This document shows positions 34,298 through 46,500 of a DNA stretch of 58,557 nt, one piece after another. Numbering within the stretch: the stretch's first letter is position 1; each line of letters begins with the position of its first letter. The DNA is from Macrostomum lignano (Eukaryota), in the NCBI GenBank assembly GCA_002269645.1, contig NIVC01004136.1:1-58557 (forward strand). The letters run 5' to 3'. A program made the position numbers and the translations under genes. The notes under the pieces are model-generated. The model was given only the letters and a program-made list of their open reading frames with translations, made no database searches and had not been told where the DNA came from.

Positions 34298-36829
34298 ATG
34301 AGTGAGTTGCAATGGGTTCTTGACACAGAATTTGCCCCAACTTTGCATGAAATTACCACCTTAGTGGATGAATGCAACTCAATTATAACAAGTGCAACAG
34401 GAAAATTTATACTTGGTGGAAATGAGTAAGTCTTACTTTTAGCTATTCAAAAAAGCCTGAATAAGAACCAATGATTTCACATTTTCAACAATGCCTATTT
34501 GTGCAATTCAAACTTTAGCTTAAAGCTCAATGGACTCAAAGCAATGGTGACCATGAACTCAGATGAAATCACTGAAGCTGTAAGTGTTATTGGTCATTGG
34601 AATTTGAGCATCAGGATAATGCATTAATAATGCAGTTTTGTCCTTTCAACCTATAGGACATCAGTGTTGAGTGCCCCAACAAGCAGACCTACAGGACAGT
34701 CATTGCTGATGGCTGTAGCTACAGAATGCAGCAGGTAATCCTTATGCTAAATAAATGCCGTTTGCATGATATTCTTATTTTTTTAAAAAGCAGAGCAGTT
34801 TGGCGCTAACTGCTTCCGACTCTCGCGCCACGAACCCCTAGTTTGATTTGGTGTGCAGCCTGGCTGGAGTGTAACTGTACATCTCTGACGATTAGAACCC
34901 TGTGCAGGCATGAGTGCTGTGCATGTGTACAGTATTGCCACGCTTGTACGTGCTCAGGAGCCTGCTGGAATGGGCGGAATTGACTCACCTTAATAGCCCC
35001 ACAGCACTTCTCTGAATAGATTGATCGTTCATATTACTATCCAGGGGGTTGCAGCCTAGTGGGGCTTGTAGCCTAGTGGGGGGGTTGTAGCCTAGTGGGG
35101 ATTGTAGCCTAGTGGGGGTTGTAGCCTAGTGGGGGTTGTAGCCTAGTGGTTAAGAGCGTCGGACTCACGACTTGAAGGTCGTAGGTTCGATTCCCGATCC
35201 CGCTGGAACAATTTGTGTCCTTGAGCAAGACACTGAGATCTGCATTGCTTCAGTTCAGCCAGCTGTAAAATGGGTGCCAGCATTAGCTGGGGTAATTGAG
35301 AATGCGTGTGGCGACCCCCCAGTCCTTGGACTGAAAAGTCGTACAGCCTTCAGATGCGCCACGCAATAGCTGCGCCTGCGGCTGAGCTGTCGGTTGCACA
35401 TCTGGCCATTAGGGCAGGTGTAATGAGTTATTATTATTATTACTATACAAGGCTCTCAGCAAAGATTTCATCAAACTGGTTGGTTAGATCATGGTTTTCT
35501 AATGCACGTTACGCAAGCACCAGTGGCACTGCTTCTCCCTGCCCTGTTAGTTAATATGATCAGCCATTATTTAAACCCCAACCAATTATTTTAGCTGGTA
35601 AACTGCTGCAACGCTCTGCAAGCGGTTCGCCTGTCAGTTCAAGATGCCATTGAGCTTGGCTTTGCAAGTTCGGAGCCGAGGCCTACTATCGCGGTGAGTT
35701 CTGCTCTGCCTCTGTTCCAGTTTCGGCGTCAGTTCATGGTTTTAAGCATCATATTTTCACTTTTTTTGCCGCAGTCACTGGGTCGAATATTTGAGCTGCT
35801 CAAGCAGGCCAGGGATCATATTGTGCTGCCGCAGAAACGCACAGTTGAGGATCTGGTCCGCAGCACTACAAGGGTGAGTGTGATGTGTGCGTGTCTGTTT
35901 GTTCGAATTTTACAACTCTGAGTTCTGTAAATCAGAGTGTTTAGAAGGAACTCAGTTAGCTTAGAAATCCAGTATATTTTATATGCTGGATCCGATTGTT
36001 TAGAATGCCAGAGTGCTTGGAATAAGAGTGCTTAGAATCAGAGTTCTTAGAATCAGAGTTCTTAGAATCAGAGTTCTTAGAATCAGAGTGCTTAGAATCA
36101 GAGTGCTTAGAGTTAGAGGGCTTAGAATCAGAGTGCTTAGAGTTAGATGGCTTAGAATCAGAGTGCTTAGAATCAGAGTGCTTAGAATCAGAGTGCTTAC
36201 AATCAGAGTGCTTAGAATCAGAGTGCTTAGAGTTAGAGGGGCTTAGAATCAGAGTACTTAGAGTTAGAGGGCTTAGAATCAGAGTGCTTAGAATCAGAGT
36301 GCTTAGAATCAGAGTGCTTACAATCAGAGTGCTTAGAATCAGAGTGCTTAGAGTTAGAGGGGCTTAGAATCAGAGTGCTTAGAATCAGAGTACTTAGAGT
36401 TAGAGGGCTTAGAATCAGAGTGCTTAGAATCAGAGTGCTTAGAATCAGAGTGCTTATAATCAGAGTGCTTAGAATCGAAATTCACAAGAGTTCAGAATCA
36501 GAGTGCCTCTATAAAAGTACCTACAGCTCAACTATGCTTAGCATCCTTCATCACACCCGGCACCCCAGGAGCTGTTCCAGCCTCAGTTGCCCAACGACAT
36601 CTGCCTGTCGCTATACGTCAGCGGGCAGAAGCTGATCCTGGCGGTGTACTTCTTGCACCACAACCAGCTGGCTGCGCCTCACCCTCATGCGCACGAAATT
36701 GCCTACAGGCTGAACATCCAGGCTGTGGTCCCCTGGCTGGGCAAAGTTCTCCAGTGCCTGTCTATGGCCATGCTAAGGACTTCTCAGCTCATTGAGAAGC
36801 TCAACAGAATTTGCTACACATTGGGATGA
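34298..36829 (+). CDS. ROGDI: Rogdi homolog; exons 34298-34425, 34519-34579, 34657-34734, 35595-35693, 35775-35873, 36569-36829 (~241 aa, N-terminus may extend)
   Basis: Six GT-AG exons in phase: ELQWVL..LHEI..LVDEC; LKAMVTM..DEITEA|DI; YRMQQ; LKQARDHIVLPQKRTVEDL; FQPQLPNDICLSLYVSGQKLIL; VVPWLGKVL..SQLIEKL, matching Rogdi leucine-zipper family motifs. Confidence 0.85.
35044..35443 (+). mobile_element. tRNA-derived SINE with CORE-like body, multimerised 5' end and (TTA)n tail, in ROGDI intron 3
   Basis: A box TAGTGGTTAAGAG (~35144), B box GGTTCGATTCC (35184-35194), GTGTCCTTGAGCAAGACAC..CTGTAAAATGGG, tail (TTA)5. Confidence 0.88.
36010..36480. repeat. 15-bp minisatellite in ROGDI intron 5
   Basis: CTTAGAATCAGAGTG units. 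Confidence 0.96.
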
Positions 36830-37019
36830 ACCTCTGGCGGTGCTGAGAGCTCCATCGATATTAACATCATCGTTTGTACTTGTAGCTTCATTAATTTAGT
36901 CTGATTTTTTCAGCGATTCACTAAAAAGTATTTTGTAAGTTTCCACTCGTGTTTGCAAAGGCGGTCTTTTATTTACCCGGTTTTGTAGTGCGCTTTCTGT
37001 CGCGACTAGAGTGAATCAA

Positions 37020-37220
37020 TGTTTACCAGCCCGAATCTTCACCAGCCCGAATCTTTACCAGCCCGAATCTTCACCAGCCCGAATCTTTACCAGCCCGAAT
37101 CTTCACCAGCCCGAATCTTTACCAGCCCGAATCTTCACCAGCCCGAATCTTCACCAGCCCGAATCTTCACCAGCCCGAATATTCACCAGTTAATCTTCAC
37201 CAGCCCGAATCTTCATCAAC
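37020..37220. repeat. 16-bp minisatellite
   Basis: CAGCCCGAATCTTCAC units. Confidence 0.95.
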
Positions 37221-37804
37221 CAACCAGAATATTCACGGACCGTAATGCTCATAGACAGAATAATTAGCATGTATTCAAAATTTTTGCAACAGATTTTTTT
37301 AAAAACTCAATCTTAGTTTTAAATTTCATTGATTTCATAGTTTTTTAATTTTGTCGATTGATTAGTTGAAGCATCTAAGCTGCAGTGCAATTATTAATAA
37401 ATTTATCAGATTCACATGAATGTCACTCAATATTTCTATCTCCAAGCATTAGTGTATTTTCCAAGCCAAATAAAATCATTGCTCAATCCGACTGCTGCCA
37501 TTTTTTTCGCAGTTATTTACCTGCAAAAATGATTGCCAATAAACTGCTTTCCTATGATGCTGCAGATTTCCTGTTTAATGAGACTGTAAATAAATTAAAT
37601 TCTGTAGTTTATTATGTGTTTTGTTTAAGTTTTGTTTGGATTTTTTCGTTTTGCTATTACGATGCCAGCATTGTGTCCCTGTTCACCTACCGCAGCTGTC
37701 AATAACTTATGCTCTCGCACTTGCCGACAGGCGACGGTCACCCCAACTATAACAAAATAATAATAAGAAAAAGCGCGCCAATTCAAACTGAGTGAATTCT
37801 CCAG

Positions 37805-38956
37805 CTTGAAGCTCGGCATGCGCAGCGCCTTGGACGATTTGAAACGGCGCGATCCGTCGCTGAACCAGCAGAGCCACCGCTCCGACCAGGTGGACGCCGA
37901 GTCCAAGGACTTCCGCAGCGTGCTGGCAACCTTCAACAAGATGGCGGCCACCACGTCTGGCAGCGACGTCCCCGCTGGGCCCGCGAAGCGGACAGTCAGC
38001 TGGAAGGTGGCGCCGACACCTCCGCCGCCGCCTTCTTCACAGCTGCAGCAGCAGCAGGCAAAGGTGAGTAGCAAAAATTTAAGAATCTTCTTTGTGATTT
38101 TCTTGCTGCCGATTCTCTTTAGCCTGTCCTAAACCCCTGCTTGATCCTCTACCCTGCCCTAATCTCCCCATTAGAGAATCGCCCCTAATCTCCTCATTAG
38201 AGAATCGCCCCTAATCTCCTCATTAGAGAATCGCCCCTAATCTCCTCATTAGAGAATCGCCCCTAATCTCCTCATTAGAGAATCGCCCCTAATCTCCTCA
38301 TTAGAGAATCGCCCCTAATCTCCTCATTAGAGAATCGCCCCTAATCTCCTCGTTAAAGAATCGCCCCCTAGTCTCCTCATTAGAAAATCGCCCCTAATCT
38401 CTTCATTAGAGAATCGCCCCTGATCTCCGGTTGCCGCCAATTTCAGCAGCCCGCGCCGCCGAAGGTCGACGGCCGCCAGTCGAACGGCCGGGTGGCTCCC
38501 CCACCGCAGGCGCAGCCGCCTTCTCTGCTTCTACGCAACAAGCCCGTAGAAATTGTTTCCATGGCAACGGACGCACCTGCAGCCGCCGCCAAAACGCCTC
38601 AGCAAGCTGACGGTGAAGACGACCGAGTGCTTCCAGCGCCGTCCCTGCGCACCTGGGACCCCGCTGCTCTGCTGTCCGACCTGTACCGCCTGGAGGCGCT
38701 GCCGGAGCCCTGCCCGCGTCACGTGACCGACGCCGACGCGCAGTGCCGGCCGCGACGAGGCTACGTTGAAAAGTTGCCAAACCAGAAGAAGAAGGGCACC
38801 CTGTTGAAGACTTGGAAGCGAGTCTACCTGGTGCTGGAGCGGTGCCAGCTCAGGTGGTACGACGACCAGAGCTGCTCAGAGTCCAGAGGCAGTATGGACC
38901 TCGGCGGCGGTGAAGTGGAAGACATAGATGGAATCATGATCGGCATTGATGATGGG
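37805..38956 (+). CDS. PH-actin fusion gene, 5' exons (37805-38063, 38447-38956): low-complexity N-terminus and first half of the PH domain; true start unresolved
   Basis: In-phase GT-AG exons; RRGYVEKLP..KKK..LLKTWKRVYLVLE..QLRWYDD is a PH N-terminal half. Confidence 0.8.
38155..38425. repeat. 26-bp minisatellite (intronic)
   Basis: AATCTCCTCATTAGAGAATCGCCCCT units. Confidence 0.95.
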
Positions 38957-38965
38957 GTGAGCAGT

Positions 38966-39082
38966 CCGCCAATACTGTATGCAGACACGCACTCATGCGC
39001 ACGATCACGCAGGGTGTACAGCCGCCAATACTGTATGCAGACACGCACTCATGCGCACGATCACGCAGGGTGTACAGCCGCC
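38966..39082. repeat. 56-bp tandem duplication next to the splice donor
   Basis: CCGCCAATACTGTATGCAGACACG... starts at 38966 and 39022. Confidence 0.92.
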
Positions 39083-39451
39083 CTGACTTTCTCCAAAGAG
39101 TCTTGAGAATCTCAAGGCTTGAAAATTTGGGAACTAACCACGTCTAACTCTGCTTAACCTGCGTACGCTTATCTTACCATTTAAAAGGCAAAATAGTTTT
39201 ATGAATATGAATTTTAAAAGTTGTGGTACACTAGTAGTATCCACTGTATCTGTTTGGCAATGTGCCAGATTTCTTATTCTTGTGAATTGAATGTACGATA
39301 CTCGCTACTGAGAGTAGCCTTGGCTGTGGCTGTCATTCAGTTATCGCAAAATAGGATAAGAGCTTTTTTGTCTTGCGACGTTTTTATTTCTAGGCTAGAA
39401 TGTGCAGCTGCATTGTGTCTGGGATCCATCCATAGCTTCTCAGCTACCCCG

Positions 39452-39632
39452 TATAAAAGTAGGGACGGTCACATTTTGAGTATATGTGACCGTTTTTTGT
39501 GGGCACATTTGATAGTCATATTGACGGTCATATAGGTCACATTACTAACGGTTACACTTGACGGTCACAATCGGGACAGGCAGTGTCAAAAATTTTTATT
39601 GTCACCAAAAATGTGACCGTCCCGCTTTTATA
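39452..39632. mobile_element. MITE-like element with ~25-bp terminal inverted repeats
   Basis: TATAAAAGTAGGGACGGTCACATTTT ... AAAATGTGACCGTCCCGCTTTTATA; internal GACGGTCA repeats. Confidence 0.7.
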
Positions 39633-39639
39633 ACGAGGT

Positions 39640-39870
39640 TAGACAGAGTGTACACCTGTACATGATGCCTGGCGATGCGGAAGTCAGGCAGAGTGTACAT
39701 CTGTACATGATGCCTGGCGATGCGGAATTCAGACAGAGTGTACACCTGTACATGATGCCTGGCGATGCGGAAGTCAGGCAGAGCGTACATCTGTACATGA
39801 TGCCTGGCGATGCGGAAGTCAGGCAGAGTGTACACCTGTACATGATGCCTGGCGATGCGGAAGTCAGAGC
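39640..39870. repeat. 45-bp minisatellite (~5 copies)
   Basis: CAGAGTGTACACCTGTACATGATGCCTGGCGATGCGGAAGTCAGG units. Confidence 0.95.
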
Positions 39871-40530
39871 CGCTGTACACTCAGCCTAATGGCCTGACTT
39901 CTTTCCCTCTCGCTGACTCTTAGTCGACTTTGCTTTGCAGCTGATTCTCAAATTTCAGTTATTTACTCAAAACCCCCATCTTACTCTCTGCCTGGGTGTA
40001 TTGCGCACAACTCATGAATTTCTCATTTTCCTCTTCTGAAAGTTTTTTTCCTTCTTTTAAGTCTCTCTGCCATGCCACTCAGTCGGTCTGCTTGCAAGCC
40101 CGCTTTCAGCTTTCCATCCCCCGTGCATCTCCCGTGAAGTGCATTGCGGGCCAGAGCAAACAGCAACTAATGAATTATTATTAATACTTTTTAATCCCTC
40201 ACGTATTTACACGATAGTTAAACAAAGTTTGCTGTGTATTTTCGATTTTTAGAGAGAGCGAGAAAAGTCAATCAGATTTTAATTCACCAGTTCGGTTAGT
40301 AAATCATTTGATAGAACACTTTCTGTTAGTAAAGAAAAACGGTAGAGGACATGCAGGCAGGTGTGTCAGTTGCTATTTATTACGCTTTGGTCCGAATATT
40401 CACCTGGTTAGCTGTCGAATTTTTCTAAGAAAATGTTTTACTTGGTCAGCGCGTGCAAATTGTGCATCGCATTGGCGGCCGCATTCGTTAATTGGCACTC
40501 CAGCCTTGCCCACTGCCTCTGATAACAGTC

Positions 40531-43500
40531 TTAGTAGCCGCCGCCAGAGCCCGGGCACGGCGTCCCGCGGAACTCCCGGCACTCCTGCCGCTCCACAATG
40601 GTCCTCGCTGTGCAGTCCTGGCCCCTCGGCGTTAGCCGCTGCCTTCTTCGCTCTTTGATGGACGGCAGATTCATGAAGTTGCAGGTGCGGCTGCAGCTGC
40701 TCCAGCGGCTCCAGTCGCTGTACTGGCAGCAGGCCGGACAGGCCGACTGGTCGATGACCGACGGGCAGGCCAGGCCGCCGTTTGCCGGCTCGTGCTCGAT
40801 CCGTCGAGTCCGGGTCCTCTCGCCCGCGCACTCCCTGGCGCAGGGGCCCCAGGGTCCCCAGGCAGACACGACGCAGTCCTGCCTCTTGCCGATCATCTCC
40901 TGCGGCATGTGGTGGCCGCACTGCCGCTCGCACTGCATCTTGTCGTCGTAGCGATTGTCGTTGCCGCCACAGCCGTTGTAGCTGAAGTGAATGCATCGCT
41001 TCGTGGCCAGGTCGAAGTACCATTTCACCTGGGTGCCGGTGCCGCCGCCGTCCTCGCAGGTTCGTCCGCTGTCCGACGGCTGCTTGCACGGCTCGATGAG
41101 GCCTCTCCTAGCCATGAGCTTGCCCTTCTGGATCACCGCCATCGTGTGCAGGTCTCTGGCGGACACGTTGCTCAGGCCTTTCTTGCAGAAGCTCAGACAG
41201 GCCTCTTCGCTAGTGAATCGATTCGTGTTGCCTTTGCAGCCTCGATAGTTGAACGGGTGGCAGCTGCGGGCCTCGATGTTGTAGTAGTAGAACCTGCCCT
41301 CGCCGCCGCTGCACGGCCGGCCTTCGTCGTATTCTTGGATGCAGATGTCCCTGGCGTTGCACTGTCGTCGGCAGCCGCGCACCTCTCGTACTTGAATCTC
41401 GCGCTGGCGGGCCATGGGGCATTTGTCCGGCGTGTAAAGCGATCGGTAGCGCTCCTGCTCTCCGTTGCCGTTGCACTCCGCCACGCAAACGCTCCAGCTG
41501 CTCCAGTCGTTCACGGCGCAGTCCGAGTACTGGCAGCTCAGCTCTGCTGGGGTGCAAATTTCTGTCTCCTGTTTGTTAGGAAGATGGGAAAGTAGACTAG
41601 ATAGTGCGATGAAGTAGATGGCACTTTGGAATTCAATGAACCAGTTTCGGCTTATATGGTAAATGTCTACGAGTATAGGTATATCTCTGAGGTCGCTTAA
41701 AGCAGATAGGTAGATTTGTCACTAATAAACGTTTAGGGTAATGTTGTTCTATGAAAGATTTCTATGGTAGATGTCTAGGGTAGCTTGATCTATGGTAGAT
41801 ATCAAGGGTAGATTGTTCTATGGTAAATGCCTAGGGTAGCTCGATCTATGGTATATTTCTAGTGTAGCTTAATCTATGGTAGATGTCTAGGGTAGCTTGA
41901 TCTATGGTAGATGTCTAGTGTAGCTTAATCTATGGTAGATGTCTAGTGTAGCTTAATCCATGGTAAATGTCTAGTGTAGCTTAATCTATAGTAGATGTCT
42001 AGGGTAGCTTGATCTATGGTAGATGTCTAGTGTAGCTTAATCTATGGTAGGTGTCTAGGGTAGCTTGATCTATGGTAGATATCAAGGGTAGATTGTTCTA
42101 TGGTAAATGCCTAGGGTAGCTCGATCTATGGTATATTTCTAGTGTAGCTTAATCTATGGTAGATGTCTAGTGTAGCTTAATCCATGGTAAATGTCTAGTG
42201 TAGCTTAATCTATGGTAGATGTCTAGTGTAGCTTAATCTATGGTAAATGTCTAGTGTAGCTTAATCCATGGTAAATGTCTAGTGTAGCTTAATCTATGGT
42301 AGATGTCTAGTGTAGCTTAATCCATGGTAAATGTCTAGTGTAGCTTAATCTATGGTAGATGTCTAGTGTAGCTTAATCTATGGTAAATGTCTAGTGTAGC
42401 TTAATCCATGGTAAATGTCTAGTGTAGCTTAATCTATGGTAGATGTCTAGTGTAGCTTAATCCATGGTAAATGTCTAGTGTAGCTTAATCTATGGTAGAT
42501 GTTTAGGGTAGCTTGATCTATGGTAGATGTCTAGTGTAGCTTAATCTATGGTAGGTGTCTAGGGTAGCTTAATCTATGGTAGGTGTCTAGGGTAGCTTGA
42601 TCTATGGTAGATGTCTAGAGTAGCTTGATCTATGGTAGATATCTTAGCTAGATAATTAATCTTTAATATATTGATCTATGATAGATTTATTGGGTAGAAT
42701 AATTAATCTATCGTACATTAAGGTAGATTGATTTTTAGTAGAAGCCTTACGTTAAAATAGTAGATGTCTAGATGATTTGAAATTAATGTAAGATACATGT
42801 AAAAGTCTACTTGGGTGTAACATTGCTACACAGCATTACAGTCTGTAGCGTTTCCTATGACGACCATGCGCGAGCTGTAGCGCTCGTTATCGACTAAACT
42901 TCGCAGATATTGATAACAATAGATCAAGTGGGAACTATTTTTCCATTGCCTTAATCGAGTTAGCATATATACATATATGATTTATTGCAGCAATTATACC
43001 GGCTAGTCCCGAGTTTAACACGCGAGGCAAAAGTGTGACGTCTGCAATCAGCCGCGCGATACGAGTCGTATCCGTGTTTATCGCGGAACAGCGAAATGTG
43101 TGTTTATCTCTATTTGCCGTTCCCTCCAAGCATCCCTTTTGTTTATTCGTCTGCGTGTGGCTATTAGCGAGCGAGGGCTTGTTCTGCATTCCATTGTACG
43201 CCGACCTTCAAGCCGACTTCACATTTGCCTTCGCTGAAAAGGTCCGGTTGCGGCTCAAGCCGGCAAATTTTGGTTCCCCCAGACCTCCACCTACGGATTG
43301 GACTTGATAAATATTTTTGAGGGCAACAGAGGTTTTGCTTCGCGCTCGAATTGGTCTCCTTATCTGCATCTGCGGGTTACCTCTGTCTCTTGGACTGCAG
43401 CGACTGGGACAGTTCAGGCGTGTCCGAGCTACGCTCCGATACTGCTTTGCTGTTTATCCAACTATCAGTTGCTTGCAATCAAGTTTATAAAAAAAGAAAA

Positions 43501-46500
43501 TTCTTCCGCTTCCTTCATTCCAATACAGCGCCTTGCTAATCAGGAGGAGCCACAGTAGTTCGAACATTTGAGCGTTTGAACATCGGGCCAAAATACCTAG
43601 GTCTAATTTACCTGTGAGAGAGGCTTGTCGTGCAATTCGCGAAGGCCCATCTTTCCGAAATCTGGGAAAACTGCTTGCAAGAGTCTGACGGACTTTCAGA
43701 ACATGACTAGCTACTAGCTACTTACATTAAGATGGAACAGCCGTTCGCACTGGCCTTCCATCAGGTTGGTCTCCAGTCGGCGCTCGCGCCGCCTCACCCC
43801 GGTGCTGCCGCAGGTGCTGGAGCACGCGCTCCAGCTGCCCCAGGGCGAGACCAGGCATTTCATGCGCATTTTCTTCTGAATCATATCCGGGTAGGTGTCA
43901 ATCAGCGAGCCTTCGCGTCGGTTCTGCGCCCGCCAGAGCGGCTCTCGTCGACCGCCTTCGGAGCGGCGTCGGCCGCTGCCGCTGGATGCCGCCGAGGCCC
44001 CCGAGGGCGGCCTGTCCGACTGCGGCCGCTCGTTGCCACTGAGGCCGGCGTCCTCGCACACCCAGTCGTGTGTCGGCCTCGTCCGAGTCACCACCAGTTC
44101 GGCCACCGGTCGAGCTCGCCCTGTATCGTCCGTTTGAAACGGTCCCTTTTTGTAGAAGCCACTCCGACCCAGGTAGCGAATGACGTCATCCTCCGGCCGA
44201 GCGTCCCTAGTGTGGTAGTGACTGCCAGTCTTTGTGCCGGCGTCCCACGGGTAGAGCGGTATGCGGATCTCCCGCTTCCAGGTGCAGCCGGTCTGGCACA
44301 GATCCAAGTCGTCGGTGCCCGCGCACCAGTCGGGCGACGGGCCGAGCATGGTTAGAAATGACAGCAGGTGATGAGTCCGGTTCACGGAGAACAGAGCCGT
44401 GCTATGGTTGGATAAAACAAAAAGAAATTCTTATTTATCAAGTGTGGTCATTGATTAAAGTGCATTGCTGTTTAGCTAGCCTAGTGATGATTTATGAATA
44501 ATTTTGTTATTAATAGCCTTCGTGTCTATTCACCCCCGAGAGGCCATGTGAAATCCATTGCTGCGGCTTCGCACAGCTTTGTAACTCTGCGCTTCAAGAT
44601 AATCAATCATGACGCTTTGGGTTATGGTCTATTAACCCTCTCTATTCACCTGTGCTGTCGCCTTGTCTCCTGCCATCATTCGTGCGCGCATTCATCCACT
44701 GCCTCTGGCCGTAGGAGAATTCTAATGCTACAGAAACTGGAGGCAGTGCAGTCTTTGGTCAGTGCTTTGAGATTCTGCTAATCCTGTGAATCCCCCAATC
44801 CCTTAGGGATATTGGCTCTATGGATGACAAGAGACTAATAATCCAGCTACTAGAAGTGAATGCTGCACTCAGTCGCTGGCTCGGCAGCTAATCGCGGACC
44901 GACTTAATGTCTAGCATTTATCACTGCCTCCGTCGTTTCATTTCTTTCTATTGAATTTAGACGGAGGAAACTCCGGCCTGTGTGGCTGCTGAGAAAATCA
45001 ATCGACTGGACAGGATTGCGGCCTGCGCAATTTCGTGACCGCATAATTGCTTTCCCACGCTCCGCTTCCTTCGTCAAGCAGGCTGAAGCGCCGAGAATCA
45101 CCGATGCACCGATGCAAATTGCATTCATTTCAGTTCGGGTTTTTCTGCCTCGCCCAGCTAATCCGACGCCTCCCACTCTCTTGTGTTAAACAGCCAGCAT
45201 TCTGTTTGCTTGCTTGAATTTGCTTGGTTCCTCCGTCAGAAGCGGCGGCAACAGGTTGCTACTTCAAGCCGGCACTAATCCGCAATTGCTGAAGAAGACT
45301 TGCCGGCTGATTCCAGCACGGATCGAATCCGGCCGACCTACTTGTGCCGACCAGCGGCTGCTGTAGCCACTTCCTGACTTGCTTACAAATGCAAATCTAT
45401 CGATTGGTCTTTTCCTGCCTGGAAAATTGCATCAGCAATATCAATTTTATTATGGCCGGAGATCCTGTAGAACCCAGATGACCTCTTGTGACCTCCGTGT
45501 TCTGGCTTCGGTCTCGCTAGCTTGAGTTCCTCTATCAAGCAGAAGAGCTACGGATGGAGGACTTTGATCCGCATTGATATAAACTCAATAACACAGGCTA
45601 ACTTGTTTGAAAACGATTCCAATTGCATCGAAGGTCTTCAATATCCCTCTGGCTGCTGAAGCACCTGTTATGCATTTAACTTCGTGCTCAGACCAGCATT
45701 TGACTCGTTGGTTCTTTGAAGTTTTTCTATCTCTGTCCTGGTTTGAAAACAGCGTGTACGCTCGTAAATGGTTTCCTTGGTAAATCTAGGACTCTGTAAT
45801 TGGCTGTTACAGTTTGACTTCAGTCGATTTACATTAGGGTTAGGATCGGCACTTAAGATTTCGTACACCCGGGTATTTCTACTGATGCAACTCTTACCGG
45901 GTATCTCCGAGGTTATCTTCGCCCCACAGTCCATGCGTCTTAATAACATTGAGAATGTTCCAGCGACCCTTCTCCTTGAACTCTTTCTCCAGCTGGGTGG
46001 TGTCGCCTGTCTCGCATACGGCCTTGACGCCGGCCTTGGCCTTGCCTCCGATGTAGAATATGTTGTAGGCCTGCGAGTGGGTCACGCCTGCAATGTATGG
46101 TAGGTTAGAAAATGAGACTGGGTCAAATCAATCGAGGATTTGCATTCTGATTTAGATTCTGTTGCTAGCTGTCTTGTCGGTGTCAACAGCACAGTACTAA
46201 ACTTATTCAGTAAACTTTATTGTCTGTCTCTATATGTGAAAGTCCGTGTCTCCCTGTACTATGCTCTTGATTCGCGATCGTTATCACTGCCCCTTGGTTC
46301 GTCTCGCGTGTCAACTCACCCCATCGTGTTTCATTCTGTGCGGGGCAAACAACCGCCGCCTACTCCCTATGCATGAGGTATTAATTAATTCTGGACCGCG
46401 CCTCTTGCCTTCCTTGCATGGTGTCATTTATAAGCTTCCAAGAAATCGATCGCATGCAACATCCTTGAAGCAATCAATTTTCTAGTTTCTTTGTCTTGCT

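Noticed and set aside
35131-35200. tRNA gene
   Set aside because: No acceptor stem; continues into a repeated SINE body present three times
38555-38568. X-box-like GTTTCCATGGCAAC (also 56633)
   Set aside because: Lies inside coding exons (V-S/A-M-A codons), so probably coincidental
21018-41514. ORF-track entries 21018..21209, 40400..41089 and 40531..41514 labelled +
   Set aside because: The peptides are translations of the reverse complement (the plus strand starts with TCA or TTA at those coordinates); treated as minus strand
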